In this document: piece after piece, positions 26,780 to 37,043 of the stretch | Numbering within the stretch: position 1 is the first letter of the stretch | How the letters are laid out: the number at the start of each line of letters is the position of its first letter | Source of the DNA: Escherichia phage C6 | Strand: one strand, 5' to 3' | Sequence record: MW679410.1 | DNA: 64,000 bases | The notes under the pieces: model-generated | Told to the model about the DNA's origin: nothing | Databases searched by the model: none | The model's input: only the letters and a program-made list of their open reading frames with translations | Translations under genes and position numbers: made by a program

Positions 26780-27012
26780 TGCTTAACAATAATGATTTGT
26801 GCGTTTGATTTACGTTCAGCGACGATGGCCCAGATTAAAGCCACTACCCAACCAATCATCGTCCAGCCTAACAGGAGATTAAGGAAGAAAATTCCTACAT
26901 TACTACGAGTGCCTCGCAGAAGAGCCAGAATCCATGGTAAAAAGTAACCGATGAACATAATAACCAGAGAACCGAATCCTAAAACACCAGCACTAACGAT
27001 TAAAGCTTCCAT
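26776..27012 (-). CDS. imm: superinfection immunity membrane protein Imm-like
   Basis: 78 aa; two TM helices; motif LLGWTMIGWVVALIWA; position just upstream of gene 43 as in T4. Confidence 0.65.
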   Translation of the reverse strand: MEALIVSAGVLGFGSLVIMFIGYFLPWILALLRGTRSNVGIFFLNLLLGWTMIGWVVALIWAIVAERKSNAQIIIVKQ

Positions 27013-27042
27013 TGTAATTTCCTCATGTAGTTGATAGGAAGG

Positions 27043-27072
27043 ATACTACCACGTTCCATGTGGTATGTAAAC
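27043..27072 (-). promoter_or_regulatory. T4-type early promoter cassette
   Basis: Minus strand GTTTAC-N18-TAGTAT plus CTATCAAC leader. Confidence 0.55.
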
Positions 27073-27074
27073 AC

Positions 27075-29786
27075 TTAAAAGTCGAACATGTCAAATAATG
27101 TTGCTTTTTTCTCGTAGTCGATTTTAGCGGACTCGGTAAAACCAGTCAGAGGCTTGATAAAGGTCTTTTGGAACAGTACGTTGTAGTCCATCCAACGGAG
27201 GACTTGGTCACGAATCTGAACCGGGAGTTCAATACCTGACGGCCATGCCATACAAGCTTCACCGAATGGGTTGCCTTCTTTAAGTGGCAGAACATACACC
27301 TTTTCACCATCAACGATACGAGGCATAGTCAAATCACCTGCAGAAGCACGCATGTAAGCTAAGCAACCTTTGATGTGGTATGGGCATTTAGAACCAGGGA
27401 ATCCGCCTTCATTATATTTCTCGATGTTGTTAGCACTGGATACTGCTGCAATGCTTACATAGTTTAGTTCGTTAAATTCCTTATTAAACTGTTTGAAATA
27501 TTCTTGCAAAGAAGCCTCGCCTTCCTGAAGCATACGACGGATACATTCCTTCAGAGCTTTCTGAACTGCTTTAGGTGTACTTGATTTCTGAGTTTCAAGG
27601 CCCATGATTTTCAAGTGTGGTTCGGCATAACGAGTACCTTCCATGTCCCAAACGTTCAGTGCATAACGTTTCTTGCCTGTCCAGAATCCGCCAAGACCTT
27701 TAGAACCAAGTGGAGGACCAGCAATAGCTTCTCGGTCCATGAACATCAAATGTTGTTTGTTGTTCATATACTCGCACATCTCACGGAAGCCTGCATCAAT
27801 AGCAGGTTCCATACGTTCGCGTGCAAATTTATCTAAGAAGTCGACCCAATGGTTAGTATCACGGAATTTATCTTCGCCTACTTTATTGATGATTGCATCT
27901 GCCTTAACATAAATGGAGTCAGTATCACCATAGAGCACGAACTTCTGATTTTCAGTCTTACACACGCTATTCAGATATTCGTTAACCTTACGTTCAATCC
28001 ATTGGAGGGCCATTTGACCAAACAGTGTGATTGCAGTTGCGTTCCTGAGGTCGTAGTAACGGAACCATACGTTACCAAGTGCACCATAAAGGGAGTTGAT
28101 AAGTAACTTACGGTTAATCTGAGCCGTGTTACCTGCAACTTCAGTGAGCTCGGCTTTCTTCAACATTTCTCTTAAAGAAGGTGCTGACAGTGTTTTAATC
28201 TTGGCTTTGATTTCGTCAGAGAAGTCAAAACGATAATCTATATCCAGTGGACTATCAACCGAGAGATTAGGATTTTCTAATGCTTCTTTAATTAACTCAC
28301 CATTACGTTGAGCTGCAAGCATGTAACCTTTATGTTCTTTACGTTGTAAGAACACCTTAGTGATTTCTGTCGGAATCACACCTTCACGGTCTTTATAGTA
28401 CATCATGCCGTTAGGAGAGCAACTGTAGGTATCGCTAGGACGCTGAGCAGTTCCGGCAATATATTCATGTATCGGTGCGTTAGCGAATGTCCCTGCGATG
28501 GTCTCTGGGCTTATATTCACTTGTCGAATGATACTCGGATACAGAGATGTAAGGTCGAAACTCATTACATATTTGTATGCGTTAGGAATAGGTTCCTTAA
28601 CGAAAGCGCCAGGATAAGGTTGGACCACGTGTGAACGAGCTTGTGGAATGACCTTGCCTTGTTCTTTAAGGCTATTAAAGATAATAGCGTCCCAAGTCTT
28701 AATTGGACTGAACACCGATTGAATCTGCATCTTAGCATAATAACCCATGTCCAAACTCAGAAGAATGAACTGGCGTTTCATATCAATCTGCACTACACGA
28801 TATACGTCGATAATGTTATAGGAAATATATCGTTGGTGGTTAGTCTCACGTAACTTGGAGATTGGACCATCATATTTCAACTTACCTACTTTCAATTCAT
28901 ATTCAGAAACATAATCCAGGGAATAAGAAGGCTGGTTGGTAAAGCTGAATTTTTTATACAGGTCAATATAATCTAGAACAGAGATACCGAACAAAGTAAT
29001 GATTTCACGAGCACCGTACATGTTCTCGATAACTTTAACACGAGTTTTACGATGTGGGCTTAATCGCTTAGCAGTGTTCTCACCGAACAGATTTTTCAGA
29101 CGGTTATAAACGTATGGTACGTCAAACGACTCAACGTTCCATCCAGTCAAAATCACAGGAGTTTTCTGTTGCCAGAAATTCAGATACTCAAGCATCATTT
29201 CTTCTTCAGAATTAAACGGAAGATAAACGATTTTGTCAATGATTTCTTGTGGAACTTCGTCACCACCTTCGTCTTGGAGTTTCTCAGCGATTTTAATCGA
29301 CCACTCTTCAACAGTACCATAAGGCGAAACTAAAAGGTCGAATACATAGAATTTATCGTCAATCGAGTCGTAGTGGGTAATAGCATCGATAGGGTGTTTA
29401 GCCTGAGCTGGTTCAGGGAATCCATCAGGAGATGTTACCTCGATGTCGAAGTTAGCAATACGAATCTTAGAAGAATCATATTTGATTTCTTTACGATAGG
29501 TATCGGACAAATAGGCTAATTTATAGTCGTCCATACCTAGGGCTTCGAGACCCATATCGTCCATACGTTTCATCCATTGGGATGCATCACGCATAGAATC
29601 GAATTCTTTCTTAACACAACCCTTACCATAGATATCAATGTATTTTACAGCTTGCTCTGGGTTAGCATGCATAAACATTGTAGGCTTGTAAGGAACTTCA
29701 CGACTACGTTCTTTGCCATTTTTATCGATGTAACGTTCGAGAATATTATCACCGATTTGTTCGACTGTCAAATAGAATTCTTGCAT
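27075..29786 (-). CDS. 43: DNA polymerase gp43 (family B)
   Basis: Start set at MQEFYLTVEQ (903 aa); exo and pol motifs (FDIEV, YGDTDS); near-identical in places to RB69 gp43 as I remember it. Confidence 0.95.
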   Translation of the reverse strand: MQEFYLTVEQIGDNILERYIDKNGKERSREVPYKPTMFMHANPEQAVKYIDIYGKGCVKKEFDSMRDASQWMKRMDDMGLEALGMDDYKLAYLSDTYRKEIKYDSSKIRIANFDIEVTSPDGFPEPAQAKHPIDAITHYDSIDDKFYVFDLLVSPYGTVEEWSIKIAEKLQDEGGDEVPQEIIDKIVYLPFNSEEEMMLEYLNFWQQKTPVILTGWNVESFDVPYVYNRLKNLFGENTAKRLSPHRKTRVKVIENMYGAREIITLFGISVLDYIDLYKKFSFTNQPSYSLDYVSEYELKVGKLKYDGPISKLRETNHQRYISYNIIDVYRVVQIDMKRQFILLSLDMGYYAKMQIQSVFSPIKTWDAIIFNSLKEQGKVIPQARSHVVQPYPGAFVKEPIPNAYKYVMSFDLTSLYPSIIRQVNISPETIAGTFANAPIHEYIAGTAQRPSDTYSCSPNGMMYYKDREGVIPTEITKVFLQRKEHKGYMLAAQRNGELIKEALENPNLSVDSPLDIDYRFDFSDEIKAKIKTLSAPSLREMLKKAELTEVAGNTAQINRKLLINSLYGALGNVWFRYYDLRNATAITLFGQMALQWIERKVNEYLNSVCKTENQKFVLYGDTDSIYVKADAIINKVGEDKFRDTNHWVDFLDKFARERMEPAIDAGFREMCEYMNNKQHLMFMDREAIAGPPLGSKGLGGFWTGKKRYALNVWDMEGTRYAEPHLKIMGLETQKSSTPKAVQKALKECIRRMLQEGEASLQEYFKQFNKEFNELNYVSIAAVSSANNIEKYNEGGFPGSKCPYHIKGCLAYMRASAGDLTMPRIVDGEKVYVLPLKEGNPFGEACMAWPSGIELPVQIRDQVLRWMDYNVLFQKTFIKPLTGFTESAKIDYEKKATLFDMFDF

Positions 29787-29845
29787 TTCATTTCCTTTAT
29801 AGACGAGTGATTGTCTTTTGTTTGTTGATGAATCATTATACTCCA

Positions 29846-29865
29846 AAAGGGACCGAAGTCCCTTT
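29846..29865 (-). other. RNA stem-loop with UUCG tetraloop between regA-distal ORF and gene 43
   Basis: Minus-strand AAAGGGAC-UUCG-GUCCCUUU; no strong U-run; terminator or stability/processing element. Confidence 0.4.
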
Positions 29866-29867
29866 GC

Positions 29868-30083
29868 TTAAATTTCTATTGTAAAACGTTTAATGGTTGG
29901 ATTGCCATATTCGTCTTTAGTTCTAATCATAGCCTGGAAGACTTGCTGACCTGGATGTAATAACTTATGGAGGTCCTTTTGAAATTCTATTTGGAGCTCT
30001 TCGGAAAGGTCAAAAACAGTTTGAGTTGGGGAAAGTCCGTATACCTCTTTAAGACGTTCACACATTTCAATTTCAAGAATCAT
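29868..30083 (-). CDS. hypothetical protein (71 aa)
   Basis: ORF track gives 29868..30185, but that overlaps regA; the internal ATG at 30083 gives a non-overlapping gene. Confidence 0.35.
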   Translation of the reverse strand: MILEIEMCERLKEVYGLSPTQTVFDLSEELQIEFQKDLHKLLHPGQQVFQAMIRTKDEYGNPTIKRFTIEI

Positions 30084-30084
30084 A

Positions 30085-30447
30085 TTAATTACCAATGGTG
30101 TACTTAGACAGTAGTTCCCAGTCATTTTTCTGCTTAAAGGAAATGACACGGAAGTTATTGGTGATTTCGAACAGTTCAGATTCATCTACAATATCAATCA
30201 GTCCCCACTCCTTAAGAAGCTGGGCAATCGAATCACGACGTTGGTAGTCTTCACCATCGATATCAACTTGGCGGCCATCCATACGCAACATCTCTTTAAA
30301 GTGGACGATATAATATAGCCCTTGCTTTTGCAGAATGTGGCAAGATTGATATAGTTTCTTTTCTTTATTATTAGCGATACCCATACGAGTTAGGGTCTCT
30401 TTTACTTTCAAGAAGTCTTCAGGTTGTTTCAGAGTAATTTCAATCAT
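30085..30447 (-). CDS. regA: translational repressor RegA
   Basis: 120 aa; MIEITLKQPEDFLKVKETLTRMGIANNK... closely matches T4 RegA. Confidence 0.9.
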   Translation of the reverse strand: MIEITLKQPEDFLKVKETLTRMGIANNKEKKLYQSCHILQKQGLYYIVHFKEMLRMDGRQVDIDGEDYQRRDSIAQLLKEWGLIDIVDESELFEITNNFRVISFKQKNDWELLSKYTIGN

Positions 30448-30453
30448 TTTAAT

Positions 30454-31026
30454 TTACCATTCCAATGCTTTCTTTTTCAAGTCTTTTTGTTCTTTAACAT
30501 TTTTGGTTACGGATTTCAGGAACTCGTCTGTAACCAACCCTTTCATCTTCTTAAGCATTGCCGGAAGATGGCCTTTAATTTTATAAGTCTCGAGATAACG
30601 ATAAGCGTCATCATTATTAATTGAATGGTATTTCATCAATAAACGAGTAATAAAAACTACACTAACTTCATCATCATGGGCCTTAGCCCATTTACCAAAT
30701 CTCTTACCCTTAGGAACCGCATGTAAAAGATAGTTGAAGTGACTTTGGTCATCAAGTTTCAAACAGTTAACCATTGCCGCCTGCATAATGCAATCTACAT
30801 GTTGGCTCAAACTATTATCGAGCCAAAATTGATTGTAGTTTTCCGACTGAGCCAAGTTACGTTGGTTCTTACCATATGTGATATCGTTCATAATGGCGAA
30901 CAATTCGTTTTCAGCCTTTTCTTTAAATGAATCGGCCAAGGCTTGAATAGCAGCATCGTTACGTTGTTTCCAAGCAACTTCATGTTCGTTCAGTTCAACG
31001 TCATCATCAAAAAGACTTATAGCCAT
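30454..31026 (-). CDS. 62: clamp loader small subunit gp62
   Basis: 190 aa; overlaps gene 44 stop; T4 synteny. Confidence 0.8.
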   Translation of the reverse strand: MAISLFDDDVELNEHEVAWKQRNDAAIQALADSFKEKAENELFAIMNDITYGKNQRNLAQSENYNQFWLDNSLSQHVDCIMQAAMVNCLKLDDQSHFNYLLHAVPKGKRFGKWAKAHDDEVSVVFITRLLMKYHSINNDDAYRYLETYKIKGHLPAMLKKMKGLVTDEFLKSVTKNVKEQKDLKKKALEW

Positions 31027-31976
31027 TGGAGCTCCAGAGCAAGTTGGATGAACAGATAAGTCATGTGAATTTCTGGGTTAGCCGCAATACCGTGGTATTG
31101 GTTATTTTCACCGACAATTTCGTACATTCTAACAATGCTTGGTCCAGGCAATTTACCATAGAGTTCGTTAGCCAGTGACATAATAAAGTTGGAATAGTCA
31201 TTGACATGGCGCGGAGCTAATGCACGGAGTTCTTTAAAGTTTTTATCTTTAAGTGCAGCCACTACTTCATCGATAGGCGAATTGGTATTCATTACAATAC
31301 TCAAAATGCCTGTATCGATTTTACCACCAGATGAGTAACGGTCCAGTTGGTTAACTGTTTTACGGAAGTCAGGAAAGTTTTGTTTAACTAAAGCAGCAAT
31401 AACTTTAAGGTCTTCGACTTCGATATTTTCGTTTTTACAGATTGCTACAGCACGATGAATCATTTCTTTCATCATAGATGTTTGGTCGGCCGGAGTGGCT
31501 TCACCAAATTTAATAACACGACAACGGGATTGAAGTGGGCCGATAATACCATCAATATTGTTTGCTGTAATAATTACAGAACAGTTTGAGGAATAGGCTT
31601 CTAAGAACGAACGAAGGTGACGTTGAGCTTCAGCAACACCTGCACGGTCGAATTCGTCGATAACAATTACCTTACGCTTACCTTCGATAGATTTGGAAGA
31701 TGCAAAACGAGTAAGTTCGTTACGAACGAAATCAATACGGCAGTCAGAACCGTTAACAAACAGCATGTCTGAATTTGTATCAGCACACAATGCTTTAGCT
31801 ACGGTAGTTTTGCCCGTGCCTGGTGAAGCAGAGACTAGGATAATGTTAGGGATTAGGCCCTTATTAACAATGGCTTGGAGGGTTTCTTTATCATGAGCAG
31901 GCAGAATACACTCAGATAAAGTACCTGGACGATATTTCTGTTCCCACATGAATTCATTATTATTTACTGTAAGCAT
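31017..31976 (-). CDS. 44: clamp loader large subunit gp44 (AAA+)
   Basis: 319 aa; Walker A SPGTGKTT; same length as T4 gp44. Confidence 0.9.
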   Translation of the reverse strand: MLTVNNNEFMWEQKYRPGTLSECILPAHDKETLQAIVNKGLIPNIILVSASPGTGKTTVAKALCADTNSDMLFVNGSDCRIDFVRNELTRFASSKSIEGKRKVIVIDEFDRAGVAEAQRHLRSFLEAYSSNCSVIITANNIDGIIGPLQSRCRVIKFGEATPADQTSMMKEMIHRAVAICKNENIEVEDLKVIAALVKQNFPDFRKTVNQLDRYSSGGKIDTGILSIVMNTNSPIDEVVAALKDKNFKELRALAPRHVNDYSNFIMSLANELYGKLPGPSIVRMYEIVGENNQYHGIAANPEIHMTYLFIQLALELQWL

Positions 31977-32014
31977 ATTAATTTCCTCAGGTTTGTTTTT
32001 ACATTATACTCCAA

Positions 32015-32031
32015 GGGAGGAGATTCCTCCC
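32015..32031 (-). other. stem-loop between genes 45 and 44
   Basis: GGGAGGAGAUUCCUCCC inverted repeat in the 45-44 intergenic region. Confidence 0.4.
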
Positions 32032-32037
32032 TATGCT

Positions 32038-32736
32038 TTAGAACGAGTGGCTTGAGCCTGCTTCCATAGCCAATACATAAGAAGCTTGTGAACCTTCAAA
32101 CTTGGCTGCGAAACGAGCATCTTGACCTTCACCACGAGCCCATAGCAATACATGGTAATCGGCTGGCATCATTTTCATATTGGTTTTGTTGATAATGAAT
32201 TTGAATTCAGGGCCATCATGGTCTGCAACCACTAAGGAATACAATGGACGCGCCAGGTCCTTATCATCAACTTGTTTGTAACCATTGATTACAATTTTAC
32301 CATTGTCTACAGTGATTGCAAATGTATCAATACTCAGTCCAGAGGACACACGCATCAACTGTTGGTAATCTTCAGCTTTAAGGTCAAAAATAACTTCAGC
32401 CACTGGGAACGGAATAGCTTTGCTTGGGAATGCAATTGTGCTTGGGTCGGCAATAGGCCACTTAATAGTTGAACGTTGGTCTTTAATAATTAAAGTGGTT
32501 TGGTCTTCACTTACCGAAACTTCAGCACTATCGGATACCAATGACAGAATACTTAAGAAGCCGTTCAAATCATAAATTGCGGCTTCGATATCAAAGGTGT
32601 CATTTACAGTAGCTTCACCATAACTTGCACCCGTTACTGAACGAGTTAGAATAGTGTTACCAGGTTTAAGCATGATACCTGGGTTAATACCGGAGAAGTT
32701 TTTCAGAATGTTCAGAGTTTCTTTAGAGAATTTCAT
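32038..32736 (-). CDS. 45: sliding clamp gp45
   Basis: 232 aa; near-colinear with T4 gp45. Confidence 0.9.
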   Translation of the reverse strand: MKFSKETLNILKNFSGINPGIMLKPGNTILTRSVTGASYGEATVNDTFDIEAAIYDLNGFLSILSLVSDSAEVSVSEDQTTLIIKDQRSTIKWPIADPSTIAFPSKAIPFPVAEVIFDLKAEDYQQLMRVSSGLSIDTFAITVDNGKIVINGYKQVDDKDLARPLYSLVVADHDGPEFKFIINKTNMKMMPADYHVLLWARGEGQDARFAAKFEGSQASYVLAMEAGSSHSF

Positions 32737-32761
32737 AATGTTTCCTTATCAAGTCAAATTA

Positions 32762-33217
32762 TTAAGCAATAACGATCATTTGTTTACGAATGGATTCAGG
32801 CAGAGATTCAATATACTCTGGAATCTGGGAAGCAACAATAGCACCAGCTTCAAGCAGTTGTTCGTCAAAATCTACGCAATAATCATCTTCGAGACGTTCA
32901 GAACCATCACGGTCGATAACCAGTTTAGCACCTGCGGCCAGTGAATCATTATAGTGGCGACGCATAATTTCTACCCACTTATCGGATACGTCGTTATCAA
33001 TGATACCGTAGAGCATGAACTTAGTTTCTTGTGGAAGAGACTGCAGACGACGTGCAGAGTCGGTATCAATATTCAGTACCCATGATTTACGGATACGGTT
33101 TTGGTTATGTGGGTTGGAATCGGTACGAATGGTTTTAACTTGGATATCTTTAACAGTAATAGCGTTAGCAAACATAATATTTTCTCTCATTTGGTTGGTA
33201 GATGTATTATAAATCAA
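32762..33217 (-). CDS. rpbA: RNA polymerase-binding protein RpbA-position gene
   Basis: 151-aa ORF (true start may be an internal Met); synteny between 45 and 46. Confidence 0.5.
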   Translation of the reverse strand: MIYNTSTNQMRENIMFANAITVKDIQVKTIRTDSNPHNQNRIRKSWVLNIDTDSARRLQSLPQETKFMLYGIIDNDVSDKWVEIMRRHYNDSLAAGAKLVIDRDGSERLEDDYCVDFDEQLLEAGAIVASQIPEYIESLPESIRKQMIVIA

Positions 33218-33235
33218 TATTTTAAAGCACTTAAT

Positions 33236-33427
33236 TTAATCAAAGTATTCATAAACGAACCAGGCAGGGTTCCTGTTCGACATGATTTTAACATACTCTG
33301 ACTTAAAAGCATTTCGGAGATAATCTTCAGTAACAAGATGTTCGTCACCGGAGAAGTTGTTAACTAAAACATACCGCTTTAGTTCAGGAACGGCCAACAA
33401 ATGCTGGCCTGTTATAAAATCACTCAT
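33236..33427 (-). CDS. hypothetical protein (63 aa; 45.2-position)
   Basis: ORF. Confidence 0.55.
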   Translation of the reverse strand: MSDFITGQHLLAVPELKRYVLVNNFSGDEHLVTEDYLRNAFKSEYVKIMSNRNPAWFVYEYFD

Positions 33428-35106
33428 TCCATCACCGTGAATCGTCCAACTTTCTTCATTTGAAGATGTTGGCCATAAGCTTGTGGGTCATGGTCTCGGT
33501 GAGAGATAATGAACACGTTCGTATCCTCAAGGCTATTCAAGATGGTTGCAATGGTCTTAACGCCTTCAGCGTCAGTAGCACTGTCAAATACCTCATCAAG
33601 AATTAACGTGCTGATATTAACACCTGATACCTTTGAAGCAATATCACGCCATGTAAAAAGTAGTGCGATATCAATACGTGCTTTCTCACCCTGTGAAAAT
33701 GAAGCATAACTAAAGTCTTCACGTCCACGTGATTTAATCGTCTCATTGAACTCTTCGTCCAGTGTAAAGACGTAGTCGGCTTCCATAATCTTCAAATAAG
33801 AATTTATCTGCTTATTAAAGATAGGAATGTATTTCTTAATAATGGAACCTTTAATACCGGTGTCCTTCAACATTTCTGTCAGAATTCCACGATGATATTT
33901 TTCCATTACTAAGGACGATTTGGTAGAGACGATTTTATCAAGCTCTGCTTGAAGCGTGGCAATCTCTTCGGCGTTACTTACGAACTCAGCAGCTGCTTGG
34001 TCGATTAATACTTTAACTTTTTTAGCTTTCTCTACAGCAGTAATGGCTTGTTGCTTATGAGTAGCTATCTGAGATTTAATAGCCAGCGCTTTATTACGTT
34101 GTTCGGTTACTTGGTCCTTAATGAGCTTGAGTTCTTGGTACTGCTCATTAATCTTATCCAAAGATTTTTGAAGCTCAAAGTTCTTATCCTTAATTTTAGT
34201 AAGGATATTTCCATGCTCTTCCAATCCTTGCATACATGTAGGACAACTACCGCCGGTTTCGTATAATTTCACGACCTTAGTAAAGGTTGCCATATCATTC
34301 TTGATTGCAAATCCTTTATTGCTCAGGTCACTCATAGAGTCGCTAGGGTCATCATCGACGATGACATTGAGTAATTCATCAGTCAGTTTTTCTATGTTGC
34401 CCTTCGCAGTCCTGGCTTCTTTAACGAGCTCATCGTACATTGTTTGTAGACGTGCTGCATTTTCACCAGATAATTTACGCTGACGTTCTTCATTGTCATT
34501 ATAAATTTTAATTTGCTGGGTAATAGAATCCTGTTTAACGTCGATTACTTGGATTTGGCTATTGGTCTCACGAATCAAAGATTTGTTCAACTTGTCCATA
34601 TCCGCTAATACAGAAACCTCTAAGAGGTCTTCCACAAGCTTTCGGCGCGCAGGGGTCGACAAACCCATGAAAGGGGTATACCCTGCTGTACCAAGTACGA
34701 CAATCTGTTTGAAACTGGTATATGACATTCCGATAAGCTGTTCAAATTCTGCTTGGAAGTCTTTACTGCTGGCAGATTCATCAAGACGTTCACCGCCACA
34801 AGAGATTTCAAAAATATTGGGTTTTTGCCCGCGCTTGATATAGTATTCTTTGCCATCATATTCCATCCACAGTTCGACCAAAAGGTCTTTCTTATTACTT
34901 GAGTTAATCAACTGCCCTTTCTTAACATCACGAAAAGGCTTACCGAACAGAGCAAATGTAACGGCTTCAAGGAACGTAGATTTCCCAGCGCCATTTTTAC
35001 CGGTGACTAAGGTCTTTTGGACCTTATCAAGTTGGATTGTAATAGATTGCTGACCTACCGACATAATATTTTTATACGTTACTTTCTTTAACTTAAACGT
35101 TTTCAT
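33424..35106 (-). CDS. 46: recombination endonuclease subunit gp46 (Rad50/SbcC-like ATPase)
   Basis: 560 aa; Walker A GKNGAGKST, long coiled coil, C-terminal signature/Walker B; same length as T4 gp46. Confidence 0.9.
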   Translation of the reverse strand: MKTFKLKKVTYKNIMSVGQQSITIQLDKVQKTLVTGKNGAGKSTFLEAVTFALFGKPFRDVKKGQLINSSNKKDLLVELWMEYDGKEYYIKRGQKPNIFEISCGGERLDESASSKDFQAEFEQLIGMSYTSFKQIVVLGTAGYTPFMGLSTPARRKLVEDLLEVSVLADMDKLNKSLIRETNSQIQVIDVKQDSITQQIKIYNDNEERQRKLSGENAARLQTMYDELVKEARTAKGNIEKLTDELLNVIVDDDPSDSMSDLSNKGFAIKNDMATFTKVVKLYETGGSCPTCMQGLEEHGNILTKIKDKNFELQKSLDKINEQYQELKLIKDQVTEQRNKALAIKSQIATHKQQAITAVEKAKKVKVLIDQAAAEFVSNAEEIATLQAELDKIVSTKSSLVMEKYHRGILTEMLKDTGIKGSIIKKYIPIFNKQINSYLKIMEADYVFTLDEEFNETIKSRGREDFSYASFSQGEKARIDIALLFTWRDIASKVSGVNISTLILDEVFDSATDAEGVKTIATILNSLEDTNVFIISHRDHDPQAYGQHLQMKKVGRFTVME

Positions 35107-35327
35107 GTATTGTTCTCACGAATTGTTTGTTCAGCATATTCTAGCATTTCTTCGGAAGAAGCAAACACGTCGTCAAGTTCCATGGCCCATGAAACACCTT
35201 CAGAATATTCAGAAGTGACATACATAGTTCCGGTATACCAAGAACCATCCACGTCCCATTCTACATTACCGAACCAGCCATCGCCAATATGAAAATCATG
35301 TTTATACATTTTCATCATTATAAGCAT
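35103..35327 (-). CDS. hypothetical protein (74 aa)
   Basis: ORF. Confidence 0.55.
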   Translation of the reverse strand: MLIMMKMYKHDFHIGDGWFGNVEWDVDGSWYTGTMYVTSEYSEGVSWAMELDDVFASSEEMLEYAEQTIRENNT

Positions 35328-35565
35328 CCTTGATGCATGATTCAGCCATATGAATTAATGTTTCTGGAGTATCATCTACCATTACATTAAAGCTAAATTC
35401 CACAGCCCAATCAGTAGCAACATAAACTTTAATAAGCTCGTTGGTATCGCGAGTGCTCACGGCTTCAAACCAGAACTTAATTGTATTAGGTTGTCCGTCG
35501 TCATCAATAACGATACAGTCGTGTTCTAGTTCAAGTCCTGATTTTTTGAATTCATCTAAAGTCAT
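35302..35565 (-). CDS. hypothetical protein (87 aa)
   Basis: ORF. Confidence 0.55.
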   Translation of the reverse strand: MTLDEFKKSGLELEHDCIVIDDDGQPNTIKFWFEAVSTRDTNELIKVYVATDWAVEFSFNVMVDDTPETLIHMAESCIKDAYNDENV

Positions 35566-36584
35566 CGTGTAACCTCATTATAAAGTTGTGCAGCCATAGT
35601 CTTAAGGGCTTTAACATCGTCTTCAGTGTGGCCATCAGGAAGGGCATCGATATAATCATACATCATATCCAAGAGGGACTTAACTTCATCTTCCTCTTCA
35701 GAATCATCGATATCAACACTGTTATCTACCTTAGACACGATACGTAAAGAATGGACCACCTTTTCAAGCTCTGATTCGAACTTAGTAAGACCGTCATCAA
35801 TTTTATCGACTATAACACGAACTGCGATATTTGTAAAATCTTTGTAATCGATAGTCGCGTTAGGATAATGAATCTTACGGTGCCAACAGGTTTCATTAAT
35901 GATGAAATCCATCTTATGAGTTTCTGTGTCGAAAATCCAGAATCCGCGAGGGTCGTTCTCGTCACCAGCAGTCAGGGTCCATGGCGTACCAATATACTTA
36001 ACGTTTGCTGCATCAGAAATAGTATGGAAGTGTCCAGACCATACCTGCTTATACTTCTTAAGGAAATCAGGTTCTAAACCATGAGATTTCATTCCTTTAT
36101 AGAAATAGAAACCATTTAATTCCCAGTGACCTATACAGAAATCTGCTGTGGTATTTTTGATATGCTCCATGATATCGGTAGTGTTTTCTTCACACATCCA
36201 TGGAATCAAATCAATTTCGGTGCCATCAAAATTAACCGTAGTAGGTTTCTCAATAACCTTGATATGGTCATATTTACCCAGAACTTCTGAAGCTGCGTTC
36301 GGAGTTAGGGTATTTTTGTAGTGCATATCATGGTTGCCAACGATAGTATACATGGTAATGCCGTTGGCTTTAAGCAAATCGGAGATTTCGCGAGCGAATT
36401 CCATGCACTTGTGGGTAATTGCTTTACGAACGTCAAAGATATCACCGTACTGAATCCAGACAGTAATGCCATTTGCTTTAGAATAATTAATAGCGTCTTG
36501 GATACCTTGACGTTGGATATTTTGTACCCATACATCATCGGCCTTAACTCCAAGGTGCCAGTCACCTGTGTTTAATATTTTCAT
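35562..36584 (-). CDS. 47: recombination nuclease subunit gp47 (Mre11/SbcD-like)
   Basis: Start set at MKILNTGDWHLG (phosphoesterase motif I); metallophosphatase motifs; about 340 aa. Confidence 0.9.
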   Translation of the reverse strand: MKILNTGDWHLGVKADDVWVQNIQRQGIQDAINYSKANGITVWIQYGDIFDVRKAITHKCMEFAREISDLLKANGITMYTIVGNHDMHYKNTLTPNAASEVLGKYDHIKVIEKPTTVNFDGTEIDLIPWMCEENTTDIMEHIKNTTADFCIGHWELNGFYFYKGMKSHGLEPDFLKKYKQVWSGHFHTISDAANVKYIGTPWTLTAGDENDPRGFWIFDTETHKMDFIINETCWHRKIHYPNATIDYKDFTNIAVRVIVDKIDDGLTKFESELEKVVHSLRIVSKVDNSVDIDDSEEEDEVKSLLDMMYDYIDALPDGHTEDDVKALKTMAAQLYNEVTR

Positions 36585-36724
36585 AAGCCAAGCGCCGTTA
36601 TCGCAGTGCAAAATAAAATTATTGAAATGAACCCGTCAGGAGTGGAAAAGAATCCTATCCAACAAGCTCGTGTGAATGTATAGAATGCCATGAATAGCAC
36701 GACATATCCTAAAAATAATTCCAT
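36581..36724 (-). CDS. small membrane protein (47 aa)
   Basis: Hand-translated MELFLGYVVLFMAFYTF...; GAGGAG SD; stop overlaps gene 47 start. Confidence 0.45.
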   Translation of the reverse strand: MELFLGYVVLFMAFYTFTRACWIGFFSTPDGFISIILFCTAITALGL

Positions 36725-36773
36725 ATGTTCTCCTCAGTTTAGACTATTGTACTCCGATATACCTAAAGCAAAA

Positions 36774-36793
36774 AAGGAGCCTAAGCTCCTTTA
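36774..36793 (-). terminator. stem-loop terminator
   Basis: Minus-strand AAAGGAGC-loop-GCUCCUUU followed by U-rich tract. Confidence 0.55.
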
Positions 36794-36954
36794 CCAACTA
36801 ATACACCGTACAGAGGTTCGTGATTAGACCTGAACTTGATAGGCTTATATGTAATAGTACCTTCATTTTCTGCTTTAATACGAGCGGCTTCAAATTTAAG
36901 CAACATCTCATTTTTGTCAGATTTAATCTTATCAAAATCCATCGAATTCGTCAT
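36781..36954 (-). CDS. small hypothetical protein (57 aa)
   Basis: Hand-translated MTNSMDFDKIKSDKNEMLLKFEAAR... Confidence 0.35.
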   Translation of the reverse strand: MTNSMDFDKIKSDKNEMLLKFEAARIKAENEGTITYKPIKFRSNHEPLYGVLVGKGA

Positions 36955-37043
36955 TCATACAACCTCTTAAACTTTTTCATATTCGTCATTCATAAGCTTA
37001 AAAATCAGGGTGTTCGTCTTTCATTAGCCACCTGTCCATGTTA

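Noticed and set aside
29846-29865. Hairpin upstream of gene 43 considered as the gp43 translational operator
   Set aside because: In T4 the operator hairpin is immediately 5' of the SD. This stem-loop is about 60 nt upstream of the gene 43 ATG and directly follows the stop of the upstream ORF, so a terminator or stability element is more likely.
36944-36987. Direct repeat of TTCGTCATTCATA (two copies about 25 nt apart)
   Set aside because: Short, and it falls in a region of overlapping small start codons. It is probably a local slippage duplication with no evident function.
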